A DNA stretch of 63,163 nucleotides, counting the filler, from Choristocarpus tenellus KU-1152 (lineage: Eukaryota; Protista; Phaeophyceae): assembly GCA_964200185.2 (NCBI GenBank). It is 10 parts of 10 records of this genome, joined end to end, with 100 filler letters (N's around TTAATTAATTAA, not from the genome) between each part and the next. Parts side by side here need not be neighbours in the genome. Positions count along the whole stretch, not along the records: positions 7,853 to 19,682 come from CAXNAD020002115.1; positions 19,783 to 24,590 come from CAXNAD020012981.1; 8 more parts are not named here. The stretch is one strand, 5' to 3'. Under the pieces are notes generated by a model, which was not told where the DNA came from, did not search any database, and saw only the letters and a list, made by a program, of their open reading frames with translations. The translations under genes and the position numbers were made by a program. Below are positions 11,301 to 23,116 of this stretch, one piece after another; within the stretch, counting starts at the first letter, position 1; every line of letters starts with the position of its first letter.

Positions 11301-14300
11301 AAAGAGCTTGTTTTTTCATCCAAGCACAGATCTAGACACCAGTGAGTTTTATATTTTTGTCCCGCTTTGCCATACTCTTGCTGTGTATGGAATGCATGTG
11401 GTGCTCTTGATCAGTTGGATGGGCGGGGATCTTGGGCGAGAAAGGTACCACAAGATGTTCAAGGAATCTTCTCGTCAACAGGTGCAATCAGACGTAACTG
11501 ATAGAGGAGACGGGAGGGGTTGGGAAGATAATGCTTGAAAGCACTAGTTCCCACCTGTGATCCTTTGTTAATAGAAAAAAAATAGCAATAATTTCCGACC
11601 AGGCCACGAAAATACCCTGTCCAACTCATTTCTAAACAGCTAACTTGATGCCAACCCCTAGCTTTTCGCTATTTCAACACGTTTAAGAAGGCAGAGATGT
11701 TACATGATGTGCATACATTTTTCATGGCAAGCACGACCTGAATGGTGATGTCACCACATCAGTATACTGTGGGATACATTTTTTCACACTCTAAACATGT
11801 GTGTATGGCAGGTTGAAGAGACCTTCAATGCATGTGTGAGCATGATTCCTGGGAACGCACTACGCCATCACCTCCTGACCATGGCCCCGGGGCCGGAGGC
11901 ATTCCTGACTGTGAGAGGAGGATTTGCACGCTCACTGGCTGTGTTAAGTATATGTTCATACGTGCTGGGTATTGGGGACCGCCACCTGGATAACTTCCTC
12001 CTTGACACAAGTAGCGGGTAAGGGAAGCCCTTGGGAGGAGGGGGGAAATACGTCTAAGCTACTCATACTATGGCAACTTAGAGAGACCACGGGGCAGTGT
12101 AACAAAACCATTCTATTCTACTGAGCTAAGTGATAGGAGAGATTACGATTTGGTGTTTGACCCTTGAAAGTTGTATTCCACAGTGTGCGTAGTACTTTTT
12201 TCTAGTAGAAATCCTCATATAATAGTGAGAGGATTAAGGTTAGAAAAGTATGTGGTGTTGCTCCTGAGAGAATTACTCCCAACCAAAATATCTCATCCAC
12301 CTCTGTACTGTTAGAGCTAGTATGTGTTTGGGTGACTATGGTGGGCTCCTATCTTCACTGATATACCTGTGTCTGTCTGCACTTCATCCTAAGTGGAAGT
12401 CCGGTTGAGTGTTGAATAGTTGAATACACAGAGCAGTAGAGCAAGCCAAAGTGTATTCAGTTCCCATTCACCCGTCCTTGGTGACTCACTGATTATAATT
12501 ATGTTGCTGCCATATCTGACAATGCCCCTTGACTTTGCAATCCCAGGAGTGTTGTTGGCATAGATTTTGGTGCAGCCTTTGGATTTGGAACAAGTGAGCT
12601 TGGTGTGCCAGAATTGATCCCCTTCCGCCTCACAAATCAATTCCAGAATCTACTCCAGCCACTGGACAGCGTGGGTTTATTGAAGGGGTAAGATACACTG
12701 TCATTTGCTTGAGCTTCTGGGCGAAACATGTAGTCTCTGTCATTGGGCAAGGATTGTGGATTAGTTCAAATTTTCAAAAATGGAAATTGGGGTAGATCCA
12801 CTCAATTCAGCAGTACCAGTCCAGGTTGCCTTTGGCATCAAAATTTCTTATGTTGTCTTCATCGCGTCTCCTTGTTTTCACCCATCTCACATGGACTTCC
12901 CAGAATCAGAACATATGTGGATATGTGGACTATGAAAAATGTTCCTTCCTGAGTAAATCTTTCTGAAAGTCTGGGCAAGTGAGAGGGTGAGACGATATCT
13001 GAAACAATTTCTCGCCATCCTATGACTGCACACAAGTTAGCTTTGATAATGATCTCCTCACCACCACTTGCAGCTTGGTTCTATATGTCCAAGTGAGAAC
13101 ACAAATGATGAATATTTTCTCGTTATTCAGAAAATAATCCTATTGAAGTACGAAGCACTCTTGAGTTAGCGCACTAAAAGATTCAAAAGTATTTGTTGTG
13201 GGTATCATATGTCAATCAAGCAGTACAAAGATGGTATAGATCGACCATATTTTCATGTTTCACTTTTTGTTTATGCAGTTAATCGCTCTTTTTAGATGCT
13301 GGGTGCTCATATCCACCATCCTCAACACCCTCTCACCCATGTAGGCACATGATTTCCACAATGCAAGCCCTACGGGGAGGTTGGGAGGTCCTGCTCTCCA
13401 CTATGGATGTGTTTCTGAACGAGCCTATCATCGACTGGGTGGAGGGTGTGACCAACCGGCAGAGGGGCAAGAAAGGTACGCTACAGTGCAGCAGTAGTAG
13501 CAGGTATATTGTGCTTCAGTCCTCCCTCTAGGACCAACCAGCAATAGTGTCACATGTTCATGGTTCAAGCTGGAGATGAAATGTCACAAAATGCTACATG
13601 CCAACACGTTGACATCCATCCATTACATCGTAGTACGATAGGATTCTAGTTTGGTGTGCGCAGTGTGTGTGTGTGTGTGTGTGCTCTTAACCATTTGCAA
13701 ATTCGGTATACGCAAAAGGAGAGAATCAGGTCGATCCAAGGTATTAGAAAATAGTTGCTCTGAAGCAATGCCTTGAAACTCTTTCAATCAATGCAATCTT
13801 GGTTTGTTCAATAGTAGGTACTCTCTATATGTAGGGTAGTCCAGTTTACTCTATTTTTTTGTTACTACTTCCTCCATCAGAATTAAACGTAACATAAATT
13901 TTTACGGCCCCGATGAAGAAGGAAGATTTTTATTAATCTGTTCATATTTTATGCATGTATTGTGCAGACACTATATGGTTGGAAAATCTCAAGCAAAATG
14001 GGGCAGACTCTACCTACCTATGATTTTGCCCCCGAAGTCCTCCAAAACTCCATTCCAGCACAGTATTCGCTGAATCCACCAGGGCTTTTGGGGAGAACTT
14101 GCACACCTTCTCAGCCTTTTTATTGCTAAGATGGGGAATTTTGAAGATGCTGTCGCCCTTCAACCCCAGCACTTCACTGTACACTGCAAAGAGGCTCTGC
14201 CAGACAAGCTCTTGTGTCTCCCAGGGGTACACATTGAACACCTCCATTGTATCCTTCACCAGCTCCTCTATGTTGGTCACACTCACGTCTTCGTTGTGTT

Positions 14301-17300
14301 GCTGGATGGAATGAAAGAATCCCAAGTCATTGGCATTGAAATCAGGTGAGTAGTTGATTGACTGGCTCACGATGACAATGCCATCCCCTGCCACCTCCTC
14401 GATTGCCTCCATGATCCCCCCCTTGGTGTGTGGCTTTGCCCCATCCTGCTGCGCAAAGGTGGTGTGTCCTTCCAGCCTAGACATGCAGGCCTTGATTGCG
14501 GGGATGACAATCTTCAATCATGTGGTGCTTATACCTCTCCTCGTCCACCATGGCTGGCACAAGCATCTTGGTGCCCTTGGGGCAGTGTTTACTAGAGCAC
14601 TGAGCTCTACTTTAGTGTCCACGATTGACCAGATCCCGATTTTCCCATCGAACCACACCCTGTTGGGGAGCTTTCTAGGGCGACCCACGGCTTCAAGGAA
14701 CACCACCTTCGTAATGTAACACTTAATCTGTGCCCATGGGGGTTTGGGAGGTCCTCGGTGGGGTGCAGATATAAACCTTGGTTTTAATTGAGCATGTAAG
14801 ACCACTTCTCGTCCACATGCACCCAGTCATAAAGGTCGTCCACTAATACCACTTCTCCCCCTGCTGTGCGTGTGACTGATGACGAAACTCACCATGTTAA
14901 CGTTGTGCTGGTCTGAGAGTACTAGCTTAATCCACCGCTTGACCTTCTTCACCTTCTCGGGCTTGCACAGATCCCACAATGAGCCAAGGGAGACCCCAGG
15001 TTTGGCTGCCCGTTTGCGGAAGGATGTGCTGTGTACCTATGGGATGAGTGAAAGTATCTTAGAGGGTACGAGTATTGCCCTGTTTGTCCATTTGGGGTTT
15101 GGCTTCCCATGGGCGTTTTTATGACATTTCCCTACTCCAACATGTTCAGGAGTAGGTAAAATGTATACGTCATGAGAAGGTGTGTCTAAAGGGTGTGTCA
15201 GGAACATGGATGTGGAAACTTTCTAACAAACACAATAGCCAAAATTCCATCAAAATTGCAACATTGGATTTTGACCCCAAATGGATGTGGCTCTACCCCC
15301 TAAGATACTTTGGCTTGGACATCCAAAACATCAAGGATAGTTGAATGGCAACCACGTCGCCCCTTGCGATGTCATAGAAGGTCCATGCATTCACCCCATG
15401 CAATCTGGCTGCCATACTCCTTCAGATGAAGGAACACAGTGACTTGGGAAATTCTAAAGTTCTCCATGATGGCCACCGCCATCCCCTGAGGCATCCGAGT
15501 CTTGCTCCCTATCGCCTCCAGGCATCACGCCACCACACTGTTCTTCATCGGAGTGTTTAAGAATTGGGACCGAAAGGCAATGACGGGATGAGTGAGGCGT
15601 TTGAATGACAGGGGGCACCCACTTTGATAGTTTCACAAGGTTTTTGAACCCCATCAAATGCAATTTGGTCGACTTTACACGGGTAATCCTCCACAGCCAT
15701 GACAGCCCACCACCTCAAACTTTGCACGCCTCCCAATCTATGAGAGCTAAACCTCATCCAGAGGGTTTATCACATGGGTCGTTCCTGGACAAGAACAGAG
15801 CTTGCAAATGTTATGTTACATTTAATACCGAACGAAGGAAGTATGACTATGCAAGGATGTTGACCAGATTGGGGTGGTTCGAAGGTTCCTCATTTCAGTA
15901 TCACTGAAACATTGGATGGAGTGCATTTTCACATGAGTGCATGAGCCTTGACAGTTGAGAGGTGGGGGGTAGGGGAACTCGAGAATCTGATGTTGTCCTC
16001 TTTCACAGATAAATTAATGATGTCCTTGTGTACTGCACGAAGAGAGAAGCAGTGCCACCCGTACCACACTCGAACTACCTCTTCCATCCTCTCTTCACTA
16101 AAGTGTTTCATGCTTACTAGATTGATTATGAGACTATTTGTCTTTTCATCCACCTGAAATAGCATATTTCAAACTAAGCATTTTGCAATAGTGGTAAGTA
16201 TATTCTGCAGTCAGAATGATTGCAGTTGACCATGTGGAACTAGATATACCACCTTTATCTATATAGGAAAGTGAGCCCAAGCACACCAATCAACCCATCC
16301 ACCCCGGGCACCGTTGCCATCTTTGCCTTCTCTGAGACACTACCCCCAAATTCGTTGTTTGTATCCTTCAACAATCAAAACCTCCATCTGATCCCACACG
16401 AATTTGCAGGTAAACCTACTGGCCATGAAGTTCAAGATAGCAGTGTTGGCTCCCTCGAGGGGGTGGAGAGAAGGTCTCAGCCTCCTGAGGCAGCACAGCA
16501 TAAAGTGAATAGTGCTCGCAGGAAGCTAGAAGGGGACCACCCTGCAGATATTTTGATCAAGGACCTTGAGCAGGCAAGGATGGGTGGACATTGACGTGGT
16601 TCAAGGGCGCTATAATATGAGTAAAAGTATCTTGCGATTTTGACGTAATTTTGGCTATCATGTTTGTTAGGAGATGTAAATATCCTTGTTCCGGACACAC
16701 CTATTCATATCATACACATTTCACCTTACTCCGAAGCATTTTGGTGTAGGTTAAATGTCACATTAAAAGCCCATGGGAAATCAAGCCCCAAATGGACAAA
16801 CAGGGAAAACTTCGTACCCTCTAAGATGATTTCACTCATTTGTTCCATTGCAAGAGTTCATAGAGAGGAACGCAAATTCTAATATGTTAGATATTATGTG
16901 TATGTAGAGGCTTTTCATTTTAATGGTGTATGTCCAGAGAGTGCTTCAAACATTTAGGAGTATAAATGAAGGTGTAGTAATATAAATAGTATGTTGACTT
17001 ATACTGTGAAGTGCATGTGAATTTAGGCCCTCAACGAGGTTTATGATATGTGCACGTTATTAGGGTCATGTAATATAGTTCTCCTCATAGGGATTTACGA
17101 ATGGTGTTTTGAATACGATGTAGTATGTTTCATTTGCTATAGAAACATGGCGTTTTGAAGCAAAGCTGTCTATTGTATCTCAATGTCTGTGTCTTACTCT
17201 AAATTACTTTGTTGCCTCATCATGATATTGTCAGTAAAAAAATTGTGTCAGTTTGACGTTCCGTACCTCCTGGCAGAACCAACATGTCAAACAATGTGGG

Positions 17301-17807
17301 AGCCTGAGGATACTGAAGGACATCGTGTGGGGGCACAGCGGGAAGCGCTTCCGTTCAGAGAAGGACAGTAAAGGGATGCCAGTGGCAATGCAGGTGCAAC
17401 AAATACTTGGGCACTGCATGTCGTCCCAAAGACGAAAAAATATTTCCTGCCTTCACACTGTGAAGTGATCATGGTAGCACAAGCGTTACCAGAAGTAGTT
17501 TAAGACGGTTTTGCAGTCTAGCTTCTATCCAGTTCAATTCAACACTAGAGCACACAACAAATTATGGACCTTGTTCATAGAGTGGTAATGGGGCTCTTAT
17601 TGCCCTGTTGTCAAAGTTTACTTGTCGTGCCCCAGGTCCCTTGAGCAGGGCAGGCAAAAGATTCAAATCCGTTTTTGGCAATATTTTCTCACACCTGCCC
17701 CATATATCTTTGCTCTGTGACCTTGACAGGTGGAATGTCTTATTGACCTTGCAACTGACGCTGATGTCCTTGGCAGGCAATGGATAGGTCTTGCGACCTG
17801 GGTTTAG
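8379..17807 (+). CDS. PRKDC: DNA-dependent protein kinase catalytic subunit, 3' partial (PI3K/PIKK kinase domain plus FATC), 12 exons
   Basis: Phase-consistent exons 8379-8493, 9038-9206, 9399-9489, 9886-10008, 10735-10865, 11415-11481, 11812-12017, 12547-12687, 13345-13475, 16410-16573, 17277-17393, 17730-17807. They give [87 protein letters not shown] and the terminal [25 protein letters not shown], which are diagnostic of DNA-PKcs. Confidence 0.96.
13900..15560 (-). mobile_element. Tc1/mariner (DDxD) transposon remnant inside DNA-PKcs intron 9, itself interrupted by a MITE
   Basis: Minus-strand motifs VHVDEKW (about 14800-14823), [28 protein letters not shown] and [16 protein letters not shown], with frameshifts and stops. 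The 5' boundary is approximate. Confidence 0.92.
15046..15316 (+). mobile_element. MITE family A nested in the mariner transposase
   Basis: TIRs GAGTGAAAGTATCTTAGAGGGTA / TACCCCCTAAGATACTTTGGCTT. Flanks GGAT/GGAC form a 4-bp TSD with one mismatch. Confidence 0.93.
16619..16837 (-). mobile_element. MITE family A, inverted and internally deleted (DNA-PKcs intron 10)
   Basis: GAGTAAAAGTATCTT ... CCCCAAATGGACAAACAGGGAAAACTTCGTACCCTCTAAGATGATTTCACTC. Flanks ATAT/ATTT. Confidence 0.88.
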
Positions 17808-19782
17808 TGGAGTATTTTGAATATTTGGAAGGAGTGTTGCGCTATGGCATGAAATATATATATGCTTAGGTTGGTGTTTCTCTTCTCATTTTGTAGGTAA
17901 ACAATATTCCGACAACACCACAACTTTGAGGACTTCCCACCAATTATGAACACTTGGAATCAGTTGTGGAATCCTAAAATGCACACCAAGATGATTCCCA
18001 GGCGAATATATGGAGAAGTCTACTATTCCTTCATGTCCAAGAAACCAGTTGCTTTGTCCGGTAATATTTCTTTGCAGTCGCTGGGATGTTTGTGGTATGA
18101 ATGCAGTAGATCGTATTGTTCAGAATTTTTCGATCTACTGGCTTTTCTGTGCAACTTTTATACGAAGGAGATCGCTTTTGACACAACAGAGTAAATTGTG
18201 GCAATGGTAACAATTTCAATTTTTCTTGGAAATTGAAATAAGAATCCTGGATCCGTTTGACTAGTTAGCCCCATGGATGACCTAACGTTTGGTTGTGTGC
18301 ATGTAACATGCGAGGGCAAAGGAAGTAATGTCGTTGTATAGATCGAAGTTGATATATTAATAATGCTCTCAGCATGACGTGGGACCGGTTGCAAATGTTG
18401 AGTATGTATGTGTAAGGTACTCTGACATGGAGCAAATGTGAAGCAGCTCGTTGGTGCTGTCTGGCTGTACATGTGTGTGTATTGCTGCTCCTTGGTCTAT
18501 TAACGTTCCATTCATACAAAGTGTGACAATTAACTTTCTTTTACTATAGAAACATTATGATCATTTTTACAAGAATACGGTCTGTAATGGTGTATGGGTG
18601 CGTGAACAATATGCTATGTTCACATGGCTATGGCATTGATTGATGTGCCATCAACAAACAGTGAATCATGCAGCCTACACCCCCCAAGGCAGGGGCAACA
18701 ACCCGCACAGAGACTCATACTGTTGTTTTACAGGGAGTGTAGGTCAACCCTGCAAAAAGCATAATATTAAAGAGTTCTCCAAGAGAGGATCTTCTTGATG
18801 GTGGAGGATGTTGATCTATGGAGTTCGTGAATGAGCCCACTGTTAAGTTCTTTGCTTATCAATTCACCCCTCCCCCATCCAACCAACTCACTCACCAAAT
18901 GCACAATACCATTAATTGCGGTCTATTAACACCCCAACAGGAAGAAAGTGGTAGGCACCTGCGGATAGAGCACCAAATAAATATTCTACCACAGCAAAAA
19001 AATCAAGGCGATGTGCTTACATAATTCCTGTCGAGGCTTCGGGACCCTGGTGTCATTTACGTATTACTATACTTAGCGGTAGTGGTTTAAGTTCTTATCT
19101 GTGTTGCCTTCTGGGTCACACACAGCATCTTCCTTATTATTAGTATTATTATTAAAAATAAATAGAATCCATCGTAGTACGTAACATGTATCTAGGATTG
19201 GAGGTACAGTGCCACAATACAGCAAACACAACAATGATTAATACAATATTTCCCCTCATGTGAACTCTGCAGTTTGTCTGTATTCCAAAAAGGATTCCAC
19301 ATTTTAAAAAATCCACCATAAGATCAGGTGGTGTTTCCCACCCCATCGAGTGTGTCATTTAATGGCAATCCCCCCACTCACCTATTTCTTACATGTTACA
19401 CGAAGTGAATATTCAATTTAGTTATTCAAATATTATACAATTTGGTATATTATGTGTAGTTGGGCTTCTTGGTCTAACGGATACAAACTTCTTTGACAGG
19501 ATGGGGGTATAAGGATTCCATCTCTGGCGAGGTCGCATATTTGTTTTTAAGGTACTCTTACTACACCTGTACACTCACCAACGAACTGTTGGTAATGACC
19601 CAAAGTATCTGGAGGGGGGGGGGGGCGGGGGGGCCAAAACAACAACACCAGGCTCCCCAGCCCAGCCCTTTTACCACCTCTGNNNNNNNNNNNNNNNNNN
19701 NNNNNNNNNNNNNNNNNNNNNNNNNNTTAATTAATTAANNNNNNNNNNNNNNNNNNNNNNNNNNNNNNNNNNNNNNNNNNNN

Positions 19783-19921
19783 CAAAAATCGTGATATGAA
19801 AAAATTGACTCCAAATGGACAGCCGCCACCCCCTCCCAGATACTTTGAACCAACCCGTGGGAAGCCAAGCCCCAAATGGACAAACAGGGAAAAACTCGTA
19901 CCCTCTAAGATACTTTCACTC
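19783..19921. mobile_element. MITE family B right end (19783-19851) inserted into an inverted family A end (19852-19921)
   Basis: B end CCCAGATACTTTGAACC is directly followed by the A-internal sequence AACCCGTGGGAAGCCAAGCCCCAAATGGAC...TAAGATACTTTCACTC. Confidence 0.88.
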
Positions 19922-20236
19922 AAACGAGCGCGGCTCACGAGAGAGAAGTCGCCCTTCTCCAGACACGACCAGGAGGCATGGTAATCACATGCACTGCCCT
20001 CGGGGACAACCTAGATCCGGATCGTATCAAACTCTTCATAGACAAACTCTCCACGTTCCGCAATTTTGCACTGGTGAAGACACCGGTAGTTGGTGGCGTA
20101 TCCACGCCTATACCTTGTGAAAGACCCAACCCACCAGGTGATGAAGAGGAACAAGATAGACCATCGCCTAGCCCTGCAGTAGGTACGGGAAGAAGGACTC
20201 TACAAGGGGGAAGGCATACAATCACACCCTCGGAAC

Positions 20237-21140
20237 TCGAGTCTGAAGGCAATGGGGACCGACCCGTTTGTATTGCTTCGTCATGTCCAGAGGAACTTGC
20301 ACAGGAGGACGTGAGGGGGCAGCTAGGCAAGGACTCAGAGTCCACACCTGTCAGGAGTGACCCGTGTACGTCCCCGAATTCGGTGGGCAGCGGCGGCGAC
20401 GAGTCGCAAGTGCCAGGGAACACTTACGACCATAGTGTGAGGCGAAGTGAGAACCGCGTCCATGCCAATCCTACCCCAACCCTGAGGGACAAACCTTCCG
20501 AGAAGGGCAAAGGACAGTGGAAAAGGATGCTAATTAGGAAGAAGAGGGTGAGATAAGACTCTAAAGACGATGGGGACCGACCCAATTGTGACGCTTTGTC
20601 AGGTCCAGAGGAACTTGTACAGGAGGACATGGGTGGGCATTCAGGCACGGACTCAGAGTCCACGCCTGTCAGGAGTGACCCCGGAATATCCCCAAACGCC
20701 CATTCGGTGAGCAGCAGCGGCGACAAGTCACAAGTACCAGGGAACGCCTACGACCATAGTATGAGGTGAAGTGAGAACCGCGTCCATGCCGATCCTACCC
20801 CAGCTCTGAGGGACAAGCCTTCCGAGAAGGAGTGAAAGTATCTTAGAGGGTACGAGTTTTGCCCTGTTTGTCCATTTGGGGCTTGACTTCCCTCGGGGTT
20901 TTTATTACATTTTCCTACTCCAAAATGTTTCGGAGTTGGTAAAATTTATACGTTCTGAAAAGGCATGTCCGGAGCAAGGTTGTTGACACTTCCTAACAAA
21001 CACGATAGCCAAAATTTCATCGAAATCGCAACATTGGATTTTGGCCCCCAAATGGACCCGGCTCTACCCTCTAAGATACTTTGGCTCGAAGGGCAAAGGA
21101 AAGGGGAAAAGGACGTATATTAGGAAGAAGAGGGTGAGAG
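20237..21140 (+). repeat. Two-copy tandem duplication (about 318-bp unit); copy 2 carries a MITE
   Basis: ATGGGGACCGACCC...GTCAGGAGTGACCC...GAGAACCGCGTCCATGCC...ATTAGGAAGAAGAGGGTGAGA at 20237-20553 and 20554-21140. Confidence 0.93.
20830..21087 (+). mobile_element. MITE family A, full length (258 bp), perfect 4-bp TSD GAAG
   Basis: TIRs GAGTGAAAGTATCTTAGAGGGTA / TACCCTCTAAGATACTTTGGCTC. The empty paralogous site CCTTCCGAGAAGGGCAAAGGA is at about 20494-20514. Confidence 0.96.
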
Positions 21141-22039
21141 AACGTGATGGACGGATGAGACCCTTCAAACAGCCTCGTGGCCCTGATGACAGCGCTTTAG
21201 AACCTGGCTTCTACGCAGATGTCTTCGCTTCTGCCAAAATGGGCAGATACGCAGTAAACCCGTGTTCATCTACATCGAGGTACAACGATGACGACGAAAG
21301 GTCATCTCATGGTGATGAGGATTGTGTCACACTGGACGCGGCCGACTCCGACAATGCATCTGATGTGGGGATCACCCAAGCCTTCATGGAGGCATGCGTT
21401 ACCGAGCTCCTACTATCGGCAACAAAACCTGCTTCTTCACAGTATCGAGTGCAGACTCAAATACTCAACCAGGTCATATACGACCATGGGTTCAGGATCA
21501 TCAAGGCCGGTAAAGGGGCCGATTCTCTTGTTTTCAGGGATGAATGCTACGTCCACAAGCCCACACAGGTTAATCTCGGCGATCGTGGAGGGAAGCCAGG
21601 CAACACGTTGCATCCCGAGCATGTGGAAGCGCTCCAGGCGAGGAAGCCTATCTTCTTGAGCCTCGTGAAGCCCGAACCTTGGAACGCCAGGTACTCCACA
21701 CGCCTAAATCTATGGCACCTTCTGGTCAAAGGATACCCTAAGCTCACAGAGTGGTGGGAGAAGGGGGACGAATGCAATTTCGAGTCCGCCCACCAATGTA
21801 AATAGGGCTTCGGTCGTTTCGGTTTTTTGTTGAAGTACGGGTAGAGCTACAGGTTGTGGTGATATATGCATCAGTGTACCTTGCCTTGGTGTCCGACTAC
21901 CATGTTCATGCACTTTCCATTCCATGAGTTATGCATATAGATATGAGTATCGGATACATTGCTACCAGTCAGAGTTATCAACGTATCATGTATCATACTC
22001 ACGTTGAGGATTAGACCTGTGTTATTATTTGTTTAAAAG

Positions 22040-23015
22040 AGCGTGTCTGCTACAAGGTTTAGACAACTAAAATATAATACATCAATCAAACAACTCTTCT
22101 CCATCTGCTCAGCTAACCTTTCCAAACAATTCGCCAGGGCCTGTGGTGGATACCCTGTCCTTCTCAAAGCCGTTATTTATTCCTTGAACACTATAACGCA
22201 CCTCCCCCCTTCTTCTCAATACTCTATGCGCCATCTCATGCTTTGTCGAAGTGTCGACAAACTAGATTCGATCTCGTTCTCCTTCGAATCTTGGAGGATC
22301 ATATACCGAAGTCCACGCACGATGATCCTAAGCACAGCACCAACCCTGGACCTCTGGAAATGTACATTGAACTACTTTCAGAGAAACGTACGACAATAGA
22401 CCTTGACCAATAACCACTCGTATACGCGTCCAGATTCCGTCCACACCTTTTCCCTTGCTTCATATCAATAACTTCAACCCTAACACCCGCAGCGACAACA
22501 ACGTCTTATTACATACTAAATCCAACACATGCACGCAAACAAACGAAGTATTACATGATATCATATGTTTTGGTTCTTCGTGCACATACCGGGAGAACAG
22601 GCCCAAACCGACAGTCCTCTTTCTGTACACAACAGACGCGACTCATGCAAGCAAATAAACGAAAAAAACAACCTCGCAACAGCCCATATTCTTCTCTTCA
22701 ATTCCTCATCCAACAGTGGGAAAACACACCCTAACCGACAGCTCTCTTTATATGCTAAACAAATCCCACTTATGCAACCAAACAAACCAATATCCAGCCC
22801 TGGAACAACCTAACCCATATCTCTTATTCTTCATCGTAACTGCACGACCAACATACATAAACCAACAAACCTGTTTGAACAGACTCGAAATCCGACACAT
22901 GCAAACGTCGAAACTCCTAACTAAACCCAAATAAATGGTGGCATATATTCTTATTCCTCTTGCGTACGCAAAGACATAAAGGAACCTAGCCAACAGTCTT
23001 CTTTTTTTGCTGACA
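22040..23015 (-). mobile_element. Degenerate Penelope-like reverse transcriptase relic
   Basis: Minus-strand frameshifted RT-like motifs appear in the expected order: SDFES(L)FKQV (motif A, about 22870-22900), VQKEGLSV.ACSPG (motif B, about 22590-22630), a decayed YVDD-like segment (about 22500-22525) and thumb-like ITALRRTGYPPQAL (about 22135-22175). Confidence 0.45.
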
Positions 23016-23020
23016 CATTT

Positions 23021-23116
23021 CAAATCCGACACGTGCGACCAAATCACACCAAAACGTGAAAATCCAAAAAGGGTGAAAAACGGACGTCGGCACCCCCCCC
23101 CCAGATACTTTGACCC
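23021..23116 (+). mobile_element. MITE family B, diverged 3' half
   Basis: CCGACACGTGCGACCAAATCACACC...CCCCCCCAGATACTTTGACCC. Confidence 0.75.

Larger units (their letters stand above)
19922..21805 (+). pseudogene. Disrupted intronless ORF of about 540 aa, unknown product, with an internal duplication of about 320 bp
   Basis: ORF 19978-20556 continues in frame through the duplicated unit (stops at 20554 TAA and about 20768 CGA>TGA). After removing MITE 20830-21087 plus one TSD, it joins the frame of ORF 21041-21805 (KPSEK|GKGKGKRTYIRKKRVR). Confidence 0.65.

Noticed and set aside
18100-18142. 10-bp stem hairpin CAGTAGATCG...CGATCTACTG as a Helitron end or ncRNA
   Set aside because: No downstream CTRR terminus, single occurrence, and compatible with chance.
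21041-21805. 254-aa ORF as an intact gene or a Fanzor/TnpB nuclease
   Set aside because: Its start lies inside a MITE, it is the tail of a disrupted longer frame, and no RuvC or zinc-finger motifs are visible.
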